Part shown: positions 26,112-32,000 of the stretch, piece after piece
Position numbering within the stretch: the first letter of the stretch is position 1
How the letters are laid out: every line of letters starts with the position of its first letter
DNA from: Patescibacteria group bacterium
GTDB taxonomy: Bacteria > Patescibacteriota > Patescibacteriia > 2-01-FULL-39-33
Direction of reading: 5' to 3'
NCBI GenBank assembly: GCA_041662745.1
Contig: JBAZRV010000002.1
Span: 206,919-238,918, forward strand
DNA: 32,000 nucleotides
Program-made: the position numbers and the translations under genes
Notes under the pieces: model-generated
Seen by the model: the letters and a program-made list of their open reading frames with translations, nothing else
What the model was told of the DNA's origin: nothing
Database searches by the model: none

Positions 26112-27887
26112 ATGAGTTCAAATAATATCCGTAATTTCTGCATTATCGCCCATATTGATCATGGTAAGTCCACTTTGGCTGACCGCATGTTGGAATTGAC
26201 CGGGACTATCTCTAAACGAGAGATGAAGGAGCAACTTTTAGATCAAATGGATATTGAGCGAGAACGGGGAATCACCATTAAATTAACGCCGGTACGAATG
26301 CAGTACCAGGACTGCGAACTTAATTTAATTGATACCCCCGGCCACGTGGACTTCACTTACGAAGTATCGCGCAGCTTGTACGCCGTTGAGGGGGCAGTGC
26401 TTTTAGTTGATGCCACACAGGGCGTTCAGGCCCAAACCCTGGCCAACCTCTATTTGGCGCTTGATGCCAATTTAACGATTATCCCGGTAATTAACAAGAT
26501 TGATCTGCCTAATGCTCAGGTGGAAAGAGTCTCTGAAGAAATAATTAAATTGTTAGGGTGCAGAAAAGAAGAAATTTTTCATGTGTCGGGCAAAACCGGC
26601 CAGGGCGTAACAGAGTTATTATCGGTCATAATCGCCCAAGTCCCGGCGCCAAAACTGGCTCCGGATAAGCCTTTGCGCGCCTTGATTTTTGATTCGGTTT
26701 ATGATGAATACCGCGGGGTCATCGCTTATGTCAGGATTTTTGACGGCAGTATCAAGCCGGGCGAGCATATCAAATTCGTTTATAACCAACAATTAGCCGA
26801 AGCGTTGGAGGTTGGGCATTTTGCTCCCAAATACGTTAAAGATAAGGCGTTGTCTTCCGGAGAAATCGGTTATATTGTTACGGGCTTGCATGAAGTGGCA
26901 CAATGCCGTGTCGGCGATACCATAACCCTGAAAAATCTTGCCGTAGAGCCGTTGCCCGGCTATAAGCAAGTCAAGCCCATGGTTTATGCCGGGATTTTTT
27001 GCAAAGACGGTTCCGATTTCAGCCGTTTGCGCGAAGCGATTGAAAAATTAAAATTAAACGACGCCGCCCTGTCTTACGAACCGGAAAATTCTTCGGCTTT
27101 GGGTTTCGGCTTCCGTTGCGGTTTTCTGGGATTATTGCATTTGGAAATCTTTCAGGAACGATTGAAACGGGAATTTAATTTGGAATTAGTGGTAACCATC
27201 CCCAGTGTGGCTTATAAAGTCCATTTGACTAACGGGGAAGTGAAGGATGTATATAATCCGCAAGAGTTTCCCGACCCGACTTATTACAAAAAAGTAGAGG
27301 AACCGATAATGAAGGCTGACATTTTTACACCCAAAGAATACCTGGGCGGAGTTATGCAGTTATCCACCGAAAAACGCGGGATTTACATTAATACCGAATA
27401 TCTGGATGAGGATCTGGCCGTTCTGCATTATCACTTGCCCTTAACTCAGATTATTGTTGATTTTTATGATAAACTAAAATCCATTACCAGCGGTTATGCT
27501 TCACTCAACTATGACTTTCATAGCTACGAAGCAACCGAGGTGGTGAAGATGGACATCCTGGTGGCGGAAGAAAAGGTAGAGGCTTTATCGCTTATCACTT
27601 ATAAAGACAGCGCCCAACAAGTGGGGCGAAAGATAGTGGATACGCTCAAAGAAACCCTGCCCCGCCAGCAATTCATGGTTAAAATCCAAGCGGCCATCGG
27701 CGGCAAAATAATCGCTTCTGAACGAATTTCCGCTCTGCGCAAAGACGTTACCGCCAAGCTTTACGGCGGCGATTGGACGCGTCGCGCCAAGCTTTTGGAA
27801 AAACAAAAAAAGGGTAAGAAAAAAATGCTGTCCATGGGCAAGGTGGATATTCCGGCTGACGCTTTTCTGGCCGTGCTAAAAAGGTAA
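26112..27887 (+). CDS. lepA: Elongation factor 4
   Basis: NIRNFCIIAHIDHGKSTLADRMLELTGTISKREMKEQLLDQMDIERERGITIK; LIDTPGHVDFTYEVSRSL; C-terminal GKVDIPADAFLAVLK. Confidence 0.98.
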   Translation: MSSNNIRNFCIIAHIDHGKSTLADRMLELTGTISKREMKEQLLDQMDIERERGITIKLTPVRMQYQDCELNLIDTPGHVDFTYEVSRSLYAVEGAVLLVDATQGVQAQTLANLYLALDANLTIIPVINKIDLPNAQVERVSEEIIKLLGCRKEEIFHVSGKTGQGVTELLSVIIAQVPAPKLAPDKPLRALIFDSVYDEYRGVIAYVRIFDGSIKPGEHIKFVYNQQLAEALEVGHFAPKYVKDKALSSGEIGYIVTGLHEVAQCRVGDTITLKNLAVEPLPGYKQVKPMVYAGIFCKDGSDFSRLREAIEKLKLNDAALSYEPENSSALGFGFRCGFLGLLHLEIFQERLKREFNLELVVTIPSVAYKVHLTNGEVKDVYNPQEFPDPTYYKKVEEPIMKADIFTPKEYLGGVMQLSTEKRGIYINTEYLDEDLAVLHYHLPLTQIIVDFYDKLKSITSGYASLNYDFHSYEATEVVKMDILVAEEKVEALSLITYKDSAQQVGRKIVDTLKETLPRQQFMVKIQAAIGGKIIASERISALRKDVTAKLYGGDWTRRAKLLEKQKKGKKKMLSMGKVDIPADAFLAVLKR

Positions 27888-28108
27888 AAATAAAGGCCAT
27901 CCTAAGCGCGGTAAAAATTTTTCCTACGCTCAGAATGGCAATTAAGTCAGTTTATTTTATTTGATCTTTAGCCTAAAATCGGCAATAAAGAGAAAAAAAC
28001 CATGGAGGTGATCATTAGGACGGTTACGATAATCCAGGTTATTTTCATTAGACGTTTTTTGCGTATTTTCATATAAGTCAATTATAGCGAAACTAATCGC
28101 CCCAGTCA

Positions 28109-29830
28109 ATGATTTGGAAAATCAAAGATAAACTTCCTCCGGAATTAATCCGGCAGTATCCCGACTATAACGAGCTGGTCTTACAGCTTTTGTTTAGCCG
28201 CGGCTTGACGGAAAGAAAACAGATTGAGGAGTTCCTTAACCCCGATTTTGATCGGCAATTGTTTGACCCTTACCTGTTCAAGGATATGCGATTGGCCGTA
28301 GAACGATTGTTTAAGGCTTTGTTGGCCGGGGAGCATATCATGGTTTACGGCGATTACGATGCTGACGGCGTTTGTTCCACTGCCATATTGTTTCAGACGC
28401 TTTCCGCTCTGGGGGCTTGCGTTGACACTTATATTCCTTTTCGCGAAAGCGAGGGGTATGGCTTGAACACAAAAATTGTTCAACAGCTTATCAATCAAAA
28501 ATTCAATTTGGTCATCACCGTGGACTGCGGTATCGCCAACAAAAAAGAGATTGCCGAGTTTACCGCCGCCGGCATTGATGTCATCATTTTAGACCATCAC
28601 GAAGAACCCTTGGAGCTGCCCCAAGCTCTGGCGATTATTGACCCTCACGTTAAGTCTTGCGGTTACCCCCAGAGCCCGCTCTGCGGCGCCGGCGTGGCTT
28701 TTAAATTCGTGCAAGCCATTATTAAATACCAGCAAGAAAATAACAGTCCGATCCAATTGCCCGAGGGTTACGAGAAATGGCTATTGGATTTGGCGGCGAT
28801 CGCCACAGTCGGCGATATCGTACCGCTATTGGGCGAGAACAGGATTATCGTCAAATACGGCTTAACGGTAATGGAAAAGACTCGCAACTTAGGCTTAGCC
28901 AAAATGATGGAATTGGTCAATAATCGACGAAACGGCCTGGACACCGAGTATTTGGGCTGGCGCATTGTGCCGCGAATCAATGCCGCCGGACGCGTTGACC
29001 ACGCGTCAGTGGCGTTTAATCTGCTGACAGCCGCCACCGAAGAAGAAGCAGAAAGGTGGGCGCAATTTTTGGAAGATAATAACAAGGAACGGCAGCAGAT
29101 TACCGGTAAAATCTTAGAAGAGGCCTTTGTTCAAGTGGCCAAATCTGCCGAAACGGAATACATTTTAATCGCTGAAGGCGAGGGTTGGGCGGCCGGAGTA
29201 GTCGGATTAGTTGCCGGCCGGCTGGCTGACAAATACCGCCGGCCGGCCTTAGTATTCACTAAAGAAGGCGACAAATATTTAGCGTCCGGAAGAAGCATTG
29301 AAGAGTTTGACATCACCGAGGCCTTAAAACAATGTGACGATTTATTATCCAAGTATGGCGGCCATCCCCAAGCCTGCGGCTTGACGATTATCGGCGAAGA
29401 TAGCTTTATAAAATTCAAAGAAAAAATCCGGCGCTTGGCGAAAGAAAAATTAATGGGATTGGATCTGACTCCGACGCTGTTAATTGATGCGGAAATAAAA
29501 CTGTCGCAAATCAATTGGCAATTACTGGAAGGGGTCGTTAAATTTGAACCGTTCGGCGAAGATAATGAACGGCCACTGTTCGCCGCTTTCGGCTTGGCCG
29601 TAGAACAAGTGCAAACGGTCGGGGCCGATGGCAAACATCTTAAGGTGCTGGTATCGCAGAACGGCGACTTGGCCAATTTGCACAAGCTGATCGGCTTTTC
29701 CTTCGGCGAGTGGTGCGCCCGGCTTAAGGCCGGGGATAAAATTGACATCGTTTTTGAATTGGGTGTCAACGAATGGAACGGCAACAAAGAGTTGCAGCTC
29801 AAGATTGAGGATCTTAAGTTGAGTAAATAA
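28109..29830 (+). CDS. recJ: Single-stranded-DNA-specific exonuclease
   Basis: MVYGDYDADGVCSTAILFQTL; VITVDCGIANKKEI; VIILDHHEEP; RINAAGRVDHASVAFNLL; SGRSIEEFDITEALKQCDDLLSKYGGHPQACGLTI. Confidence 0.96.
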   Translation: MIWKIKDKLPPELIRQYPDYNELVLQLLFSRGLTERKQIEEFLNPDFDRQLFDPYLFKDMRLAVERLFKALLAGEHIMVYGDYDADGVCSTAILFQTLSALGACVDTYIPFRESEGYGLNTKIVQQLINQKFNLVITVDCGIANKKEIAEFTAAGIDVIILDHHEEPLELPQALAIIDPHVKSCGYPQSPLCGAGVAFKFVQAIIKYQQENNSPIQLPEGYEKWLLDLAAIATVGDIVPLLGENRIIVKYGLTVMEKTRNLGLAKMMELVNNRRNGLDTEYLGWRIVPRINAAGRVDHASVAFNLLTAATEEEAERWAQFLEDNNKERQQITGKILEEAFVQVAKSAETEYILIAEGEGWAAGVVGLVAGRLADKYRRPALVFTKEGDKYLASGRSIEEFDITEALKQCDDLLSKYGGHPQACGLTIIGEDSFIKFKEKIRRLAKEKLMGLDLTPTLLIDAEIKLSQINWQLLEGVVKFEPFGEDNERPLFAAFGLAVEQVQTVGADGKHLKVLVSQNGDLANLHKLIGFSFGEWCARLKAGDKIDIVFELGVNEWNGNKELQLKIEDLKLSK

Positions 29831-29851
29831 AAATTAAGTTATAACTAAAAT

Positions 29852-30247
29852 ATGAAAGCAACTATCCACACTGATGGCGGCGCGCGCGGCAATCCCGGTC
29901 CGGCCGGCATCGGCGCAGTAATAAAAGTCGGCGACAAGCAGCTGGAACTTAAACATTACATCGGCAAGGCCACTAATAACCAGGCGGAGTATCGCGCTTT
30001 GATTTTGGCCTTAGAGCATGCCTTAGAAAACGGGGTAACCGAGGCCGAATGCCTGTTGGATTCCGAATTGGTGGTCAAGCAATTAAACCGCGAATACCGA
30101 GTCAAGGATAAGGACTTGGGGGTGTTATTCGTTAAAGTCTACAACCTCAGCACTAAATTCAAAAAAATCACTTTCAAACACATCTATCGCGAGCAAAATA
30201 AATTAGCGGATAAGCTGGTTAATGAAGCGATTGATAATCATAAATAA
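29852..30247 (+). CDS. RNase HI-family protein
   Basis: IHTDGGARGNPGPAGIGAVI; GKATNNQAEYRALILALEHAL; LLDSELVVKQLNREYRVKD; HIYREQNKLADKLVNEAID. Confidence 0.93.
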   Translation: MKATIHTDGGARGNPGPAGIGAVIKVGDKQLELKHYIGKATNNQAEYRALILALEHALENGVTEAECLLDSELVVKQLNREYRVKDKDLGVLFVKVYNLSTKFKKITFKHIYREQNKLADKLVNEAIDNHK

Positions 30248-30252
30248 ACATA

Positions 30253-30285
30253 AAAAAATACCTCGCAGCAGCGAAGTATTTTTTA
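30253..30285 (-). terminator. Bidirectional terminator between the RNase HI gene and rnpB
   Basis: aaaaaatacctcgc agca gcgaagtatttttt. Confidence 0.8.
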
Positions 30286-30286
30286 A

Positions 30287-30692
30287 CTGAATATGACTAT
30301 AAGCCGAATTCTGTATTTTTTACCAACCTTGCGGCCGTAAAAAACGATAGTCATCTGTCTGTCAGTGCCGTTACCGGCATGATCAAGCCCCCGAAACGGG
30401 GTTGCACCGGGTAGAGTTTACCACAACTGCCCATCGCTGGGAGTTGAGTAGAGTAGCATTAATTTGAGGAGATATCTCACTCTCAACTTAACACCTCGCT
30501 ACACTTTTCACCTTTCGCGAAATACTTGCGTATCTCGTTAGTATTGTCTCTGTGGAACTGGTCCTCGGCCGGCCTTGCGACCGTCCGGGTGGGCGTTACC
30601 CATTACCGCGACATTCCGGCTTGCGCCAGAAAGGGTGTTCGGACTTTCCTCCCTTTGACCTAAGTCAAAGAGTAACTATCCGTCATATCCAG
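30287..30692 (-). ncRNA. rnpB: RNase P RNA (bacterial class A-like)
   Basis: Minus strand contains gaggaaagtccgaacacc, ggtaacgccc, gaggaccagttccacagag, ggcgaaaggtgaaaagtgtagcgag, ggtgcaaccccgtttcggggg and agaattcggcttat. The P1 arms ctggatatgac (5') and gtcatattcag (3') pair completely, setting the ends. Confidence 0.95.
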
Positions 30693-30699
30693 TGTTATC

Positions 30700-30728
30700 A
30701 TTTTATCACAGATACTTAATTTTGTCAA
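30700..30728 (-). promoter_or_regulatory. rnpB promoter
   Basis: Minus-strand TTGACA, 17 nt spacer, TGTG-A-TAAAAT, about 7 nt before the P1 5' end. Confidence 0.85.
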
Positions 30729-30737
30729 GGATTGGCC

Positions 30738-30766
30738 TTGATTTAACCCGATTTATGTGCTATACT
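30738..30766 (+). promoter_or_regulatory. tRNA-Gln promoter
   Basis: TTGATT, 17 nt spacer, TGTG-C-TATACT. Confidence 0.75.
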
Positions 30767-30785
30767 GTTAAATAGTTAAAAATAA

Positions 30786-30859
30786 TGCGGGATCGTCTAA
30801 TGGTAGGACACGCCCCTCTGGAGGGCGGTATCATGGTTCGAGTCCATGTCCCGCAGCCA
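30786..30859 (+). tRNA. tRNA-Gln (anticodon CUG), CCA encoded
   Basis: Acceptor TGCGGGA/TCCCGCA, D-arm GTC TAATGGTAG GAC, anticodon stem CGCCC/GGGCG with loop CTCTGGA, T-arm CATGG TTCGAGT CCATG, discriminator G, CCA. Confidence 0.95.
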
Positions 30860-31071
30860 ATACATGCTAATTCAAGTGACTGAGTCGCATCAGTTGTTTG
30901 CGCGTTTTTTATGAGCACTAGGTTCGAAACCTTAATGTGCTATCTGTCAATAGCTCAATCAATGATTTAGTTCTGACACTCGAAACAGTTTTATACTCAT
31001 ATGGATAATCTATAGTTATCGGAAATTGAATTTATACATTGTATATTAAAATTTAGCTTTTTAAAATTATA

Positions 31072-31887
31072 ATGAAAGACATCGCCAAAAAAATTGCAGA
31101 ATTTCAAAAAAAGAGCTGGGCCATGAAGCCTTATGCCGCTTTTAGGTGGGGTGAAAATATGCCTTGTCCTATTCGCTTTGTTGTAAATCCATACAAGGGC
31201 TGTGATTACCGACATAAATATTGCTATGTCTGGTATAAGTGCGCAAACGCAAAACCAAAAGAAAATTTTCGTAGGGCATTAATCCATGATATTGAAAGAG
31301 CAAAAAAGCTAGGTCTTGATAAATTTTTGGTTATGCTGTCTTCTAGCACTGACCCATTTCAACCAATTGAAAAAGAATACAAAGATTCACTTTTTGCTCT
31401 TGAGCATCTTTTGGCCAACGGTTTTTCTGTCAAGATTATGACGAGAAACCCAATCATACTATTAGATAAAGAATATATTGCTCTTACAAAAAATCCAAGA
31501 CTGTTTATAGATGTTTCTATTCCATCTTTACACGAAAATAATACAGATTCAATTTTTTATAGCCCATCAGTTCCTCTTGTATTAGATACCATAGAAGCAA
31601 TAAAAAAGCTTACAAAGCTAGGCAAAGATATAAGAGTAAAAATTGAACCAGTCGTTCCGACGGTAAACGGGGTGGTTGGTCAATCTGAAAAAGAACTTTA
31701 TGATTTGATTGACCTGCTTAAAAAGGCTGGCGTAAAGATGGTTATTGCCAAAACCATGCGGCTCAATGAAGACTTTCCTCCTTTTTTGTACAAAAAGTTA
31801 ATTGATTATTATACTAAAAATGGTTACGAGCAAGGCATAAACATGATTTTATCAAAAAATTTGCGCAAAAAACGGGTCTGTAATTAA
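31072..31887 (+). CDS. Radical SAM / spore-photoproduct-lyase-like (SPL-family) protein with altered cluster motif
   Basis: PIRFVVNPYKGCDYRHKYCYVWY at the expected radical SAM motif; MLSSSTDPFQPIEKEYK; VKIMTRNPIILLD; IDVSIPS; RVKIEPVVPTVNG. Confidence 0.82.
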   Translation: MKDIAKKIAEFQKKSWAMKPYAAFRWGENMPCPIRFVVNPYKGCDYRHKYCYVWYKCANAKPKENFRRALIHDIERAKKLGLDKFLVMLSSSTDPFQPIEKEYKDSLFALEHLLANGFSVKIMTRNPIILLDKEYIALTKNPRLFIDVSIPSLHENNTDSIFYSPSVPLVLDTIEAIKKLTKLGKDIRVKIEPVVPTVNGVVGQSEKELYDLIDLLKKAGVKMVIAKTMRLNEDFPPFLYKKLIDYYTKNGYEQGINMILSKNLRKKRVCN

Positions 31888-31960
31888 GTTTGTGTAATTG
31901 GCTTCTTTGGCTGGCTGGATTCTGGCGGCCTGCGGTTAATAAATTTTGATTTTGTTTTTT

Positions 31961-31992
31961 TGTCCGTTCCGTTTTGGAGCGGACTTTTTTCT
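31961..31992 (+). terminator. Rho-independent terminator
   Basis: gtccgttcc gtttt ggagcggac ttttttcttttt-like tail. Confidence 0.7.
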
Positions 31993-32000
31993 TTTGAGCT

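Noticed and set aside
28002-28076. 24-codon ORF MEVIIRTVTIIQVIFIRRFLRIFI preceded by 'aaagagaaaaaaacc'
   Set aside because: Could be a leader peptide or small membrane protein, but it is too short to support without conservation data.
29131-29802. 223 aa minus-strand ORF
   Set aside because: Antisense to the recJ C-terminal region. Low-complexity Ser/Pro composition typical of shadow ORFs.
1-32000. CRISPR arrays, transposases, toxin-antitoxin, retron or phage modules
   Set aside because: Specifically looked for. No regularly spaced repeats with unique spacers, and no recognisable transposase, RT or phage proteins in the supplied ORFs.

Overview
The window looks like an ordinary, compact chromosomal segment. 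The style (short housekeeping proteins, small secreted and lipoprotein ORFs, truncated UvrC and TruB) is reminiscent of Patescibacteria/CPR; that placement is inference. Recognisable genes, left to right: C-terminal fragment of a large exported protein, single-TM repeat-domain protein, tgt, DHH phosphoesterase, S41/PDZ protease, rplI, P-loop ATPase, low-complexity membrane protein (-), pyrG, zinc-ribbon membrane protein (-), lytic transglycosylase, rpmA (-), short uvrC, membrane protein, two small exported proteins, truB, pfkB-family kinase, ppdK, compositionally atypical lipoprotein, ADP-forming acyl-CoA synthetase, murJ, exported protein (-), lepA, recJ, RNase HI, rnpB (-), tRNA-Gln(CUG), and an AT-rich radical SAM/SPL-like gene. 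I found no CRISPR array, transposase, phage module or clear multi-gene defence or biosynthetic system. The most interesting signals are: (1) a palindromic repeat element inserted in frame inside tgt; (2) loss of the three zinc-binding cysteines in the same tgt; (3) a Cys-to-His change inside the CX3CX2C cluster motif of the radical SAM protein; (4) an indel-free array of 26 x 12 bp encoding a Gly/Val/Leu membrane repeat; (5) several promoters sharing a TRTG-extended -10, two of them followed by an inverted repeat at the predicted transcript 5' end; (6) a compositionally distinct, self-contained lipoprotein cassette.
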